64,000 nucleotides of DNA from Chiloscyllium plagiosum (lineage: Eukaryota): the NCBI RefSeq assembly GCF_004010195.1, contig NC_057719.1, positions 45,364,423 through 45,428,422 on the forward strand, in the 5' to 3' direction. The notes under the pieces are model-generated. The model saw only the letters and a list, made by a program, of their open reading frames with translations. It was not told the DNA's origin and made no database searches. Numbering within the stretch: the stretch's first letter is position 1; each line of letters begins with the position of its first letter. This document shows, piece by piece, positions 40,826 through 54,120 of this stretch. The translations under genes and the position numbers were made by a program.

Positions 40826-43384
40826 TGTGATAGCTTTACATTTACAAATAAAATAGACTAGGGTATAGGAAGCCAATCTTTTAAATTTAAGAAGATAGGC
40901 TCTTTTTCATCAGAAACTGATGAATGTTCATCTTCTGAAGAAGCCACACAGTCAAAATTAATTCAAGGCCCATTAGATGTTTCTGCAGGTAAATCTGGCC
41001 TGACACAATGCCATCCTAAAGGACATTGTTAGGGGTGCTGTCTTAAACCAAAGGTTTTTCTGCCTTCTCAGAGGGATGTCACTTGAAATATGATTTCAGA
41101 TGCAGATTACAAGTAGGACAGGACAAAGGATAAATCCTGGTAAAACATCAAAGACAGCAGTATAGGAGTGGAAGGAGATACCATGGATGGTGATTCTGTG
41201 GTTGTGATGAGTTTGATAAGAATGGGGCTCAGTGAATGTCAAGTGCAGCCTGAAGAAGCTGATTTGATTAACTGAGTCAACAGTTGCAGAGTTGAGACAG
41301 GCTAGTTTGTCTTTGTCACATTCACAGTCATTTGGGACTTTCATCTTTTGGTGGGGGGTGAAAATGTGGTTGAGAGATTCAAGTAATGATTTCCAAGGAA
41401 GAACAGAAATGATTCAGGAGGTGGCAAAGTGTTAAAGGAGGTTGATGAAGCAAGGTTGGTGATGAGACAGTAGTTTCATTAGTTTGCAAGGACAGTGAGG
41501 TCAAGAGTTTGTCTTTTGAGGCAGGCAGTGAAGATAGCAGACTTTAAGAGAAGGGCAGAACCAGAGGAAAGAGAGCTGTTAATAACGTCACTTAACATAG
41601 AAACCTGGAGGAGAAATTAGGTAGTCAGTAGTCAGGATGAGGGAGCAGAGGGTTCATGGGTCTAAGGAAACAAGCTTCAGGAGAACATGTAGAGGCCATA
41701 GGACAGAAAATAGAGAACAATTGTCTGAGGGCAAGGGTGACCATTAAATAAAGTTTAGTGCAGTTGTCTTAGGGAAGGGAGGGAGATAACAGAGGCAGCT
41801 GTTGGGATGGCCTCAATCTTGATAATAATGACGTGCATGAGCTTTACGCACTCGGAGTGGAAGAAACCTTTGGGGGAAGAGGTCGCTTGCAGTCAGAAAA
41901 AAGACTTTACCTGGGTACTCCAGGCTGATCTTTGAATAGTGAGCAGATTTTACAACTAGTTGGGAACACACTTTGTCAGTTTCCTTTAGTCTCACATACT
42001 TTTAATTACCTGACGCCAGCTGGCGCTCAGTGGAGAATGGTGTTGCAGTGTTACAGAATCACCACAGGCTATACACTTACAGTTTAATGGGCTTAATGTC
42101 TATCAGCTTTACAGGAAAGTGCATTTTTTAATTTGCTGGGATTCATCAAATTAAAAGCTCTACAGTTCTCATCTGCTTTTAGCATGATTCTTAAACTGTG
42201 CCTTTTCAACTACAAATAAATGTGTTGTAGTTCTAAAAGATATTGAAAACAATGTAACCGATGGTGGAGAGGATTGTCTTACAAAAACTCAAAGCTGAAG
42301 AGAAAAGACTTGCTGAATCATGTAGTCTTTTCCCATTTCAACATCATTGTACTTGTTAAAATAACTCAATGTCAGGTTCCACGCTATAAACCTTGAACAG
42401 TATACCATTTAACTTCACAAAAGGAAAAAGCCAGTAAAACTGTTCTGCTTCAACTTTCGTACCTCAAAATGGGATTCAATATGACCAGTACATACATTTC
42501 CAAGTTGTTTTGTTTTACAGGTTATTTGTTTTCAGTCCACAACAAAGTGTAGAACATATGAACAAAAAGATTTAAGTCTCCTTTTTTTTGAAATTGTTCA
42601 GCAGTAAAGTTCTGATGGCAAAATTTTCTTAACAAAACCATATGTTGTGTGGAATATTAAATGGATTTCATTTTTAATAGTGATGTTTACTATTTTCTCC
42701 TTTGGAAAATCTTAATTGTCCCTTTTACAATCCATTTTCATTGCAAAGCTGAGTTATTGCTTTAATGGAATTAATAAATATTCTGGCTGGCTGCAGTCCC
42801 ACAGCTAAAATTAAAGCAGTACCAAGCCTCCATGTGATGGTGGCAAATTATCTAAAAATTCCACGCACATTTGCTCACACTGCTGCTCTAATTTCAGCCA
42901 ATTATGTCACTTTCCCACAATTTTCATTGTTCTTCTGTAGAAAACAGGAAAATGTTACCCCAGTGTATTTACATCAGCTGCACAAAGTACTGCACCAAAA
43001 CAGAGTGAGTGTGCTTCATGATCTGAACATGTGGTACTCCTGGGAATCAACTGCCTAATCATTGACTATTACTGCATTCCCTGTCAGGAGGATCCTCTCA
43101 ACATGATGTATATGAATAGAATATCTGGCACCTTTAGATGCATGAAACACTGTCTCCGTATTGTTTATATTCTTTGACAAGCTGGTTGAAACCTGCAGGC
43201 TATGTATTGGAGTTTGGAAGACAACAAATCACTATCAAAGTCAAAAGGATATTTGTAAAAATTTGTCTTACTTTATCATTGATATCACTTTATGGTTTTA
43301 TTCAAAAGTAATAATACATCACACCACACAATCCAAACCAAGAGTGCCTTGTTAGATTACAAGTAACCTGATCGGATGATTTCT

Positions 43385-43605
43385 TAGAAATAAAAACCCA
43401 GAAAGTGCTCAAGAAACTCAACAGGTCCTGGCAGCATGAATGGAGAGGGAAACACCGTTAATGTTTCAAGTCCATTCAAGTCATTATGGACTCAAGATAT
43501 TAACTCTGTTACTCTTTCCACAGAGAAACTAGGTCTGCTGTCTTGCTCCAGCACAATCAGTTTTTATGTCAGATCCCCAGTATCCACAGTACTTTGCTGT
43601 TATTT
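43385..43605. mobile_element. Palindromic PLE terminal remnant
   Basis: aaataaaaacccagaaagtgc..ttaatgtttcaagtcca / ggactcaagatattaactc..agatccccagtatccacagtactttgct. Confidence 0.55.
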
Positions 43606-44509
43606 CAGCAGATTATTTACGATCACATCATGTTGCTGTCCATTGTTGAGAATGAATCAGTTTATTTTCAGAATGAGTCTGTGTAACATTGGAATGAAGT
43701 ATGCTGACGCTCTTGTTTTGGCCTGCTGTCATTCTCAATGAGCATTTTAAGACAGGATTTTAGTGCCATGTACAGATGTGAAAACAGTCAAACATGTACA
43801 TATTTTAGCATGACCCCAAATTACAAAACAATGGACAGTCTCAGGTGAGTCAATGTTGCTCATCATTTACTTTCTGTAAATGTCAGTACCATTTTGAAGT
43901 ATGTAAATGCAAGTACTGAGGTTAGTGCAACAAGCTCCAACACAGTATGGTTAAGGCATGTTACAATGCTGGTACTCAGTTCTGTAGTTCCATCAGGAGA
44001 TTATATCAAGAGACCTCATTGGAGGGCCTTCCCTCACATTCCACCTCCCCATATAAGCTGGAACCACTCACCAGATTTTATTTGCCCATGGTTGCACTGA
44101 CTACTCAGACCTTCCAACTTTATCCTGTTGGGAGCACAATACTCACTGCACAGGCCACATCATCATCAGTAACCACTGCTCCCAGTGGTGCTGTTGATAT
44201 GGAAGAGCAGTCAGCCTCTGATTTGCTGGCAATTTTTTTTGAGGCAAGATGTCCTGTTCTTCAGATAAGGAATTTCCACCTATACCTGTTAATGGCCAAT
44301 TAGCTGTTAAATAGTTGCATTCTAGTGCCCTGGTAAATCTAGCTCACAGAATGGTTACAGAAGAGAAGGAAGCCATTCAACTCAGTGTCAGTGCTGACTC
44401 CCCGCAAGACCCTAGTGCCAAGCTCACCCGCAGGCAATTGCAATGCCTGAGGGTAGCCTTTGAAAATATTCAAAGTAGAGCCACAGCTTCATTATCAAAT
44501 CATTTAAAG

Positions 44510-44890
44510 ATTTGTGGTGGAGTGGTAATGTCACGAGACTAGGAATCCATAGTCCCAAGCTATAATGCTCTGAGAATTTGGGTTTAAATCTCACCACAAC
44601 AACGAGTGGAATTTTAAATTCAATTAGCAAAGCCGGAATTGAAAGTCACTCATCTGACTAAGCCAGTAATGTTACTTTGAAACTATCAACAAGGGGTTTT
44701 ATAATGTCTTTCAGAGAAGGAAATCTACTGTACATATTTGGTCTGGTCTAGTGACTGCGGACTCACAGAAATATGTCTGACTCTTACATATGCTCTGAAA
44801 TGGCCGAGCAAACCCTTCATTTCAATGGTAATAAGGGTTGTGCAACAAATGGCCTTGTTGGTGACACCCACATCCCATAAAAGAATAAAT
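44510..44890 (+). mobile_element. tRNA-derived SINE with L2-like 3' tail (family distinct from HE1)
   Basis: A-box gtggagtggtaatg, B-box gggtttaaatctc, central gaaggaaatct..tggtctggtct..gactcttac, tail gacacccacatcccataaaagaataaa. Confidence 0.65.
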
Positions 44891-44894
44891 GATG

Positions 44895-45110
44895 TGTAGG
44901 GAACGAGCTGTTAGAGGATGTGATGGAAGCTGGTACAACTATAACATTTCAAAGGCATCTGGATGGGTATATGAATAGTAAGAGTTCAGAGGCATATGAG
45001 CCAAATGCTGGCAAATGGGGCTAGGACAGATTGGGATGGCTGGTTAGCCCGGACAAGTTGGACCGAAGGATTTGTTTCCATGCTGTCTGACTCAACGACT
45101 AGAACTCTAT
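44895..45110 (+). mobile_element. CR1 3' end
   Basis: gctggtacaact..aggcatctggatgggtatatgaatag..aatgctggcaaatggg. Confidence 0.85.
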
Positions 45111-45204
45111 AAATGTTTAGATACCTACTTACCTTAGGTACTTTTGAACATTTGGAGTTCTGAATGTGATTGGAGGTAGTTGCCTGATACTTAGAATTGG
45201 AAGG

Positions 45205-45435
45205 GGAAAGTGAGGCCTGCAGATGCTGGAGATCAGAGTTGAAAAATGTGATGCTGGAAAAACACAGCAGGCCAGGCAGCATCCGAGGAGCAGAAGAATC
45301 GACGTTTCAGGCATAAGCCCTTCTTCAGGAATCAAACCATTCCTGAAGAAGGGCTTATGCCCGAAATGTCGATTCTCCTGCTCCTCGGATGCTGCCTGGC
45401 CTGCTGTGTTTTTTCAGCATCACATTTTTCAAGTT
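45205..45435. mobile_element. Near-perfect palindrome of two head-to-head PLE tails, each beginning with a hammerhead motif
   Basis: 45237-45332 is the inverse of 45339-45433; minus strand CUGAAGA-A-GGGC-uuau-GCCU-GAAAC-GUC, plus strand CUGAAGA-A-GGGC-uuau-GCCC-GAAAU-GUC. Confidence 0.88.
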
Positions 45436-46079
45436 AGAATTGGAAGGTGACAGTGAAACAGATTTTGCCAAGGCACTGCACTGAACAGAGTCTGCCAGGA
45501 GTTATGTTTGCCCTTGCACTATAGACTTGTAAATGCTTTGTCGAGCAAAATGCTGAAGGTGTGAACTGATAACAGTAGCATAGGAAACTAGTTGTCTCAG
45601 ACCTCAGTAAAGAAAGCAAACAACTGTGTATTTCAGATTGAAAGATAATGAAGGAAATAGAGCAAGGGTTGACATAAAAGTGTACAAAAATAAGGAAATC
45701 TTGTTAAACCTTCATAAAACGTTGCTTCAGCTTCAAATGGAGTGTATGTCCAGTTTTCTGGGCACCACATTTCAGAAAGGTAGCATTGGAGAGGACGCAG
45801 AAAAGATTCATGAAGGTGATTTCAAGGTTTAGAGGGAAGTGTGCCAAAGGTAACTTGGTCAGCAAGGGTGAGTTGGACTGAAGCATCATACAGCACAGAA
45901 ACAGACTATATGACTGAGAAATAAGTGCAAATGAGCAATGATTTATTCAATGTCACATTATGTAAAGAAAAAGGAATAAAGAACTAGATATTATGTGAAC
46001 ACAAAATGATTTTAAATAACTTATTAAAATGTTGTAGATAACACCAAAATTAGTGTTGTAGGGAACAGCTAAGACAGTT

Positions 46080-46933
46080 ACCTCAGAGAACAACAGGACC
46101 TTGATCAGATGGGCAGGTGGACCAAGACTGACAGATGGAGTTTAATTTAAGTAAATGTGAGGTGCTGCATTTTGGAAAGGCAAATCAGAGCAGGACATAA
46201 ACACTTAATGGTAAGGTTCTGTGAACTGTTGCTGAACAAAGAGATCTTAAAGTGCAAGTTCATAGTTCCTTGAAAGTAGAATCATAGGTAGACAGGATAG
46301 TGAAGGAGGTTTGGTAATGCTTGCCTTTATTTATCAGTGCATTGAGTATTGGAACTGGGAGGTCATGTTGCAACTGCACAGGACATTGGTTAGGTCACTT
46401 TTAAAATACTGAATTCAATTCTGGTCTCCCTGCTATAGGAAAGATGTTGTGAAACTTGAAAGGGTTCAGTAAAGATTTACAAGGATGTTGCTAGGATTGG
46501 AGGGTTTGAGCAATAGGGAGAGGCTGAATAGGCTGGGGCTATTTTCCCTACACCATCGGAAGCTGAGGGGTGACCTTATAGAAGTTTATAAAATCATGAG
46601 GGAAATAGATAGAGTGAAAGTCAAAGTCTTTTCTCCAGTGTAGCTAGACGGTATAGGTTTAAGGTGAGAGGGGAAAGATAAAAAAGGGACCGAAGGGCAA
46701 CCTTTTCACACAGAGCGGGGTGCATGTGAGGAATGAGTTGCCAGAGGAAGTGGTGGATGCTGGTACAATTACAACACTTAAAAGGCATCTGGATGGGTAC
46801 ATGAATAGGAAGGGTTTAGAGGGATATGGGATAAATGCTGGCAAATGGGACTAGATTAATTTAGGACACCTGGTTGGCATGGATGAGTTAGACTGAAGGA
46901 TCTGTTTCCGTGCTATATATATCTCTATGATTC
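46080..46933 (+). mobile_element. CR1 3' fragment
   Basis: MEFNLSKCEVLHFG..QFWSPCYRKDVVKLERVQ; tail tctctatgattct. Confidence 0.92.
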
Positions 46934-47323
46934 TAAAATATAGTTCTGGTGGCTAACCCAACATCGTCCTACCCACATATGAGCACATGACAGGAGAAGG
47001 GTAGGTAGACCTGACATTGACAGTATACCTACCATATGTAACTAAATAATTATGGGTCAATTGAGCTTGTTAAATACAATTGGCATGAGCAGTTGGACCC
47101 AAGTGGGCAAGCCTATTTAGTTTTTTAAAATAAGTTAATAAAATTGGAAGAAAAAATTGGAGTACAGCATTTGAGGTGCCTCTGCACATCAGCAACACTC
47201 TCACCCCCAAAGAAAACAGTACTCCATTTCCTTTCGATCTCTCTGCTTTGAAACACCCATGCCTAGACCCCTGCAACCCCCTTCCCTAGGCTTTCCAAAC
47301 CTTCTTGACCCAAAACGCTAGAC

Positions 47324-47463
47324 TTACCTCTCTTCAATAACAATGCTGTCTTCTTCCTGGGCCGAACTGCAGCAGCACGTCCTGCAGTACCTACTGCTGC
47401 TGCTTCTATTGGTACTGCAGTCAAGCTCAGGAAGAAGACAACATAGACATTGAAGTGAGGTAA
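47324..47463. repeat. Imperfect ~140-nt foldback
   Basis: ttacctctcttcaataacaatgctgtcttcttcctgggccgaactgcag pairs with ctgcagtcaagctcaggaagaagacaacatagacattgaagtgaggtaa. Confidence 0.85.
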
Positions 47464-47614
47464 CGTTGGATCTGTCAAAGGCCTTGCTAAAATCCATGTA
47501 CACTTACATCGTGCAAGCTAACTTCAACAGATTCAAAGTAAACAGACCACTTAACCTTATATTGATAGTGACTGAACTTGATTAATCCTTGCCTTTCAAA
47601 ACAACAATCTATAT

Positions 47615-48780
47615 GTGTATGGTGGTGGCATACTACTGGAGGTGGCGAAAATGACAGATAATGATCTGCTGGATGTGGGTGCAGAGGTGGTTGGAAAGTG
47701 TCGACTAGGGGACCCTATTGCTGTTGTAACAGGGAAGAGAAGGGATGATGACCAAGTGCAGGAATTGGGTCAGGCGTGGCTGAGGGCCCTGTCAATCACA
47801 GTCATGGGGAATCTTTGCTTTTGTTTCTGATTTCCTTAGACAGGTGTAACTCCTGCCCATTTACTTTCTCCATCCTCACTATCCAACGCTCCTGACACTT
47901 TCCAGGTGAACACATTTACCTGCACATAGACTACAGCAGAATAGAAATTTATTGTCATGTACATTTTTACAAAAAAAGAAGTTTTATAAGTCACCATACC
48001 AAAGTGCCTGTATTAATGACATAAGTCATAGATAAGAAGGAAAAAAAGTAAAAATTAAGGCAAAGTTCATCTCAGATCAATTTATGTTTGGGGAAGGCCA
48101 ATTAAAACGACCACCGCTAGAATACCCGGAAGCTGCATTTCTCTCAATAAAACAGCATTCGCTGTTCACAATGTGGCCTCCTCTAAATTGGGGAGACGAA
48201 ATGCAGACTAAGCAACTGTTATGCAGAAAATCTATGTCTGTCTGCAAAAATGGCCCTCAGCTTCCCGTTGCCTGCCACATTAACACAACACTGTGTTCCT
48301 CAGTCAACATCTCTGTTTCAGGCTTGCTGTAGTGCTTCAGCGAACCTCAAGTTGGAAGAACAGCATCTCATTTTCCGCTTGGGGACTCTGCAATCTTGGA
48401 GCTCAGTATTGAGCTTAATAATTTTAGGGCCTAGCACCTTCTCCCATATCCTTAACACAAGTGCTGCACCTTGTTATCACATAGGCTGCTACTGGAAACA
48501 ACCCATTCTCAGCTGCTAATGGTCCCCATTGGTAGCTATTGATATCTGACCTCTACCAATTCCTTTGTCTGCCCAATTGTTTTTCTTTCTCTCTGGGCTT
48601 CATCTCCACCTATCGTTTATACCTACCCTCACCCCATCTTGAGCATATATACCAACCCTTTTCCTAGCTACTGTCAGTTCTAGAGAAGTGTCACTAGATC
48701 TGAAACATTAACTCTACTTTCTATCCAGAGATGCTGCTAGACCTGCTGAGCTTTCCCAGCAATTTCTGTTTTTCTTTCAA
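47615..48780. mobile_element. Rearranged Penelope-like fragments (minus piece 47615-47815; plus GIY-YIG and pLTR ~48150-48780)
   Basis: KLEEQHLIFRLGTLQ (48250 ORF); tail gttctagagaagtgtcactagatctgaaacattaactc..ccagcaatttctgttttt. Confidence 0.75.
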
Positions 48781-49709
48781 GTTTGCTGAACTTCCTTATC
48801 GCTAACACACTCCAATCTAGGCAACGTATTGGTAAACCAGTTTTGCATCCTCACCAAATCCTCCATATCCTTCCTGTAATGTGACAACCAGAGCTGCACA
48901 CAATGCTACAAACATGATCGAACCAAAATTTATACAGCTGCAACATGATTTGCCAACTTTATACTCAATGCTTCAACTGATGAAGGTAAGCTTGCCATAT
49001 ACCTTCTTTATTGACTTGTGTTGCCATTTTCAGAGAGCTATGGACATGCACCCCAAGATCCTCCTGTGTATCAATGCTCCTAAGGGAGCTGTCATTTACT
49101 GTACTCCCATTTATAGGCTGTTATCATATCTCACTAGCTCCCTCACAACCACAGAGTAGTAACACACAGTACACAGAGCATGTAGTCTCAGATTCAAGGG
49201 TGTAAATGCCTATTCTGTTTCACAAATACAACTTGAAACACCTGGCTGTCATTGGATCATTTGCATTAGAAGATTCTTAACTCCACTTCCTGCAGGTGGG
49301 GTCTACTGGTTGTTCCTATCGGCTTTCTCGGGGCAGGGGGAAGAGAAGAGGGAGTAGAGGGTTAAGAATTTTAAGATCAGTTAGAGCATCCCCAGGGAGG
49401 AATGGGGTTAAAAGCTGAAGAGGTATTGTTCACAATTTCTAATGGCAATAAGGACTGGGTCAGCTGTGATGTCACCCGAAGTCAAACAATGCACTTAGCT
49501 CTCGAGTGATGAATGGTCACATTGCCAGAGATAGTTTAACAGGTTAACCCTAGTGAGGACCATCACTTTCAAATGGGGGGGTTAACTGAGAGGCAGGGAA
49601 AACAAAACAAAATCCAACATTCCATGAAAGTCTACCCATCTGGACAAATGAGAAGTTGGATTCACAACCTCACTCAGATATTCCACTAACACCATCCAGC
49701 TGTCCCCAG

Positions 49710-50025
49710 ATTAGATTACATTAGATTACAATACAGTGTGGAAACAGGCCCTTCAGTCCAACAAATCCACACTGACCCGCCGAAGCGCAACCCACCCATA
49801 TCCCTGCATTTACCCCTTACCTAACACTATGGGCAACTTAGTATGGCCAATTCACCTGACCTGCACATTTTTGGACTGTGGAAGGAAACCGGAGCACCCG
49901 GAGGAAACCTATGCAGACATGGGGAGAACGTGCAAACTCCACACAGTCGCCTGAGGCGGGAATTGAACCCGGGTCTCCGGCGCTGTGAGGCAGCAGTGCT
50001 AACCACTGTGCCACCGTGCCGCCCA
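49710..50025 (-). mobile_element. HE1-like tRNA-derived SINE (young)
   Basis: Reverse complement gggcggcacggtggcacagtggttagcactgctgcctcacagcgcc..gggttcaattcccg; (taatc)n tail; CpGs retained. Confidence 0.93.
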
Positions 50026-50089
50026 CAGATCTGTGCAAAGATTAAAAGAAGCAGTCGCATATACAGTGAGTGCACTGGTAATAATTTTC

Positions 50090-51705
50090 CATGAATCCTT
50101 GGATTCTGAAATACTGCTCAAGTAACACTTTTATTTAAAAAGGGAAGGAGTCAAAACAAAAAAAAACTGATAACTGTTTCCCAGTTAGATTAACATCTGT
50201 TATTGGGAATTTGTTGGAGTTTATTATAAAAATACAATGAGAGAGCATTTAGAAATACATGATATGATCAAGCAGATTCAGTGTGGCTTCCTAAAGTGGA
50301 AATTATGCCTGAGAAACTCACTAGAATTCTTTGCGGAGATAACATGCAGAATAAATAAAAGGAGAAGCAGTAGATGTAATATATTTGGACTTCCAGAAGG
50401 TGCTATACATTAGAGTCTCAGAGGGTTGAGACTCTTTGAAACTCTGTGCTACAGAGAACTGTGAGGCAAAGTCCTTGTGTACATTTATGGCTTAGATAGA
50501 TAAAGTCTTGCTCAGTCAGGGAATCAAGGGTTACAGGGAAAATGCAGAAACATGGACATAAGGAATGGTGAAGGAGGCTCAAGCAGTCAAAAGGCCTATT
50601 CTGGTTCCAGTTCTTATAGTCTGATTAGGATACTCATAAAAGGTCATGATATGGAGATAATGCATTAACATGGGTAGAGAATTAGCTAACAAATAGAACA
50701 CAGAGTTGGGATGCAGGTGGGGGGCATTTTTAGGATGGCAACCTGTAACTAATGTAATGCCATTTGGATTGGTGCTGTGTCCACAATTATTTACAAAATA
50801 TGTACTAATGACTTGAATGATGAAAGAGAATGCATTATGACCAGGTGTGAAAAGTCTGCAGAAGGATCTAGGACAGGTTAAAGATGTGGTCAAAATTTGA
50901 CAGATGAAATAGAATGCGGAAAATTTAAAGTTATGCACATTCGCAGCAAAAATAGAGAAGTTGAATACATTTAAATGGAGAAAGATTGCAGAAAGCTCCA
51001 GCACAGAGGGATTTGAGAATCCTCATACGCGCATAAATCATGAAAAGCTAACATTCAAGTTCAGCAGGTAAAACAGAAATCAAATGGAAGATTGACCTTT
51101 ATTTCAAAAGGAATGGAGCATAAAAATAAGGAAATCTTGCTGAGGTATACAGACACTAGTTAGACTATACCTGGAATATTGTGAATAGCTTTAGTTCCCT
51201 TATCTAAGGAAAGAATAATTGGCATTGGAGGCAGTCCAGAGAAGGTTCATTAGCTTGATCCTAGATATGGCGGGACTGTTTTACAAGGAGAGGTTGAGTA
51301 GGTACTGTACTCTTGGAATTTAAAAGAACCAGAGGAGACCTTATTGAAACATATAAAATTCTTGACAGCAGATGCAGAAAGATTGTTTCTCCTTGTTAAA
51401 GAATATAGTTCCAAAGGGCATTATCTCAGAGTAAGAGTATGGCCATTTAAGACAGATGAAAAACAATTTATTCTCTCACTGGGTAGTGAATCTGTAAAAT
51501 TCTTTACTGCTGAGGGCAGTAAAGGTTTGATCAGTAAGCAAATTCAAGATTGGGTAGACATTTTTAATCAATAGGGAATCAAGTGCTGTGGGGGAAAGGT
51601 AGGAATGTAGAGTTGATGATTATTAGATCAGCCACAATCCTATTGAATGACAGAATTGTCTTGATGGGCTGAATAGCTTACTTCTGCTCTTATGTTTAAA
51701 TGGTC
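50090..51705 (+). mobile_element. Old CR1 RT fragments
   Basis: VDVIYLDFQK (~50370), later LVRLYLEYCE and 3' tail gatgggctgaatagcttacttctgct. Confidence 0.8.
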
Positions 51706-52504
51706 TTAATCAACAAGAAATTAGCTCTGCTTTCTTCTTGGTTTCTGCCCCACACAGATTTGTACAACTGTCTGTATTCACTGAAACTGATGCTGCTTAA
51801 GGGTGAGGAAATCACTATTCAACAAAATTTTCTGTTGTTCAAAGTTGTTGTCTAGCTGGTCTTCAATTAGACCAGCTAGACAAAATATCTGCCACCGAGA
51901 TAGTGGAGTCTTTTATAGATGGCTGCCAATGCTACCATGGCATGGGATTTCTTCCAACAGGGTATTTTGACTGCTGTGCTACGTTTATATTATCTCCCAT
52001 AACATAAAAAAAACTTGGAATGGGTATCACAGCAACAAAGAATCCAATAAATATTCACTACAACAAACTCTTATCTACAAACAATTATATTCATCAGAAA
52101 AATACATATCTGAGTTAACATTAAGCTCTTCAGTGACATGATAGGAGGATGCTTCAAGTGAAGTGTTATACTTTAAATGATCTGAAGTAAGACTGTTATG
52201 TAATTTTTCTACCCTCAGATAACATACAAGATACTGTGATGATTTAATGAGCTTGCCTTTTGAAGATATATTGTCATATTGACCATTAGACACAACCTGT
52301 CCTGCCTGGGCCTTTTGAGGTTACCACAACTAGATTACCTGCCAGATCATTCCCAAATAGGAATTAATGGTTCAGGGACAATTCCTATGGTCACTGAGCC
52401 AGAGAATAAACCACTTTGGAGGTGAACCAATTGGATAGGAACAGATATGCAATAGTTCCTTTCTTACATGCCTTTTCTATCTCAATTTATTTTCTTTCCC
52501 ACAA

Positions 52505-54120
52505 ACCAGAACTTCAAGTGAGACAGGGCAGAGATTACTATAGTAGCCATCATTAAGAAGAAGCTGCTGGGGAAGCTGAAAAGTCTGAAGATGGATACAT
52601 CACCAGGACGGGATGGACTATATCCCAGAGGTGTTGGCTGAGGAGATTTGTCAAGGCATTCAAGTGCTCTTCCATGAGTCACTGGAGTTTGTAAGATCCC
52701 AGAGGACTGGAAAATGATTAATGTAACACCGTGTTTAAGAAGGGAGGGAGGCAAAAGACAGGAAAATATAGACGTGTTAGCCTGACCTGGTCATTGACAA
52801 GATTTAGAGTCCATTATTAAGGATGAGATGTCTGAGTACTCGGAAGTGCATGGCAAAATAGGCCTATGTCAGTATGGCTTCATCAAGGGGATTTGATTTC
52901 ATTTATTTTTGCTGTATGTACCTAAGTACAGTGAAAAGTTTTAGTTTGCAGGCAGTACAGGCAGATAACATACAAAGATCATAGGGTGATTGAACAGAGC
53001 GAGGAATGGAAAGTTACGGCTGCAAAGAGGGTGCACTAAAAACAAGATCAACATTAAATTTGAAATTTGACAGGTCCATTCAGAAGTCTAATAACAGTGG
53101 GGAAGGAGCCATTCGTGAGCCTTTTAGTACATGTTTTTTAAACTTTTGTATCTTCTGTCTGACGGAAGAGATTCGAAAAGATTATAAGCAGGGTGGCAGG
53201 GATCTTTGATGATGTTGGCTGTCTTTCCGCAGCAACAAAAAGTGTAGATGGAGTCAATGGATGGAGGGTTGGCTTGGGATGTCATGTCTGACAAATCTGT
53301 TAGAAGTCTTTGAGGAGGTAATGAGCAAGTTAGACAAAGGAGAGGCAGTGGACATGACTGATTTAGATTTCCAGAAGGCCTTTGACAAGGTGCCACAGAA
53401 GAGACTGCCGAATAAGCTAAGAGCCCATGGTGTTAGGAGCAAGGTATTGGCACAGATATAGGATTGGCTGACTGAAAGAAGGGAGTAGGGATAAAAGTGT
53501 ATTTTTCAGAATGGAACCCAGAGCTAGGGAAGTCTTACAGGGGTCAGTGTTGGGAACACAACTATTCATGTTATATATTAACTACGTGCTTGAAGAAACT
53601 GAAGGCATTATTGCTAAATTAGTAGATGACACAAAGATAAGTGAAGGGACAGGTATTGTTGAGGGAGCAGGGAAACTGCAGAAGAACTCAGACTGGCTAG
53701 TTAAGTTAGCAAAGAAATGGTAGATAGAATATCCAAAAGTTGAGGTTATGCACTTTGTTAGAAAAATAGAAGCATAGATTATTTTCTAAATGGAGAAAGG
53801 CTTTATAAATAGAAAGCACAAAGGGACTTGGGAGTCAAAGTACACGATTCTCTTCAAGGTAACATGCAGGTTCAGTTGGGCAGTTAGGAAAGCAAATGCA
53901 ACGTTAGCATTTATTTCAAGAAAACAAGAATAAAAGAACAGATATGTACAGCTGAGGTTGATAAGGCTCTGGTCAGACCACATCTGAAATACTGAAAGCA
54001 GTTTTGGACACTGTATCTAAAGAAGGAAGTGCTAGAGTTGGATAAGGTTCTGAGAAGGTTTACAAGAATGATCCCAGATATGAAGGGTATGTCATATGAG
54101 GAGAGATTGAGGACTCTGTC
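52505..54120 (+). mobile_element. CR1 RT fragment interrupted by a Rex/Babar piece
   Basis: ORFs 53261 (SCLTNLLEVFEEV..DFQKAFDKVP) and 53511 (LQGSVLG..LVDDTK). Confidence 0.88.
52892..53277 (-). mobile_element. Rex1/Babar-type LINE 3' fragment
   Basis: PSIDSIYTFCCCGKTANIIKDPCHPAYNLFESLPSDRRYKSL (ORF 53124..53396) matches the Rex1 C-terminal pattern D..HP...LF..LPSGRR. Confidence 0.8.

Noticed and set aside
42007..42215. Possible minus-strand exon (CAG|gtaatt donor near 42010, acceptor-like sequence near 42210)
   Set aside because: No frame stays open through the segment and the peptides are unrecognisable
49960..50025. tRNA genes at SINE heads (also 23865, 39505, 61765)
   Set aside because: A/B boxes are followed by the SINE body and tail; these are tRNA-derived SINE heads, not cloverleaf tRNA genes
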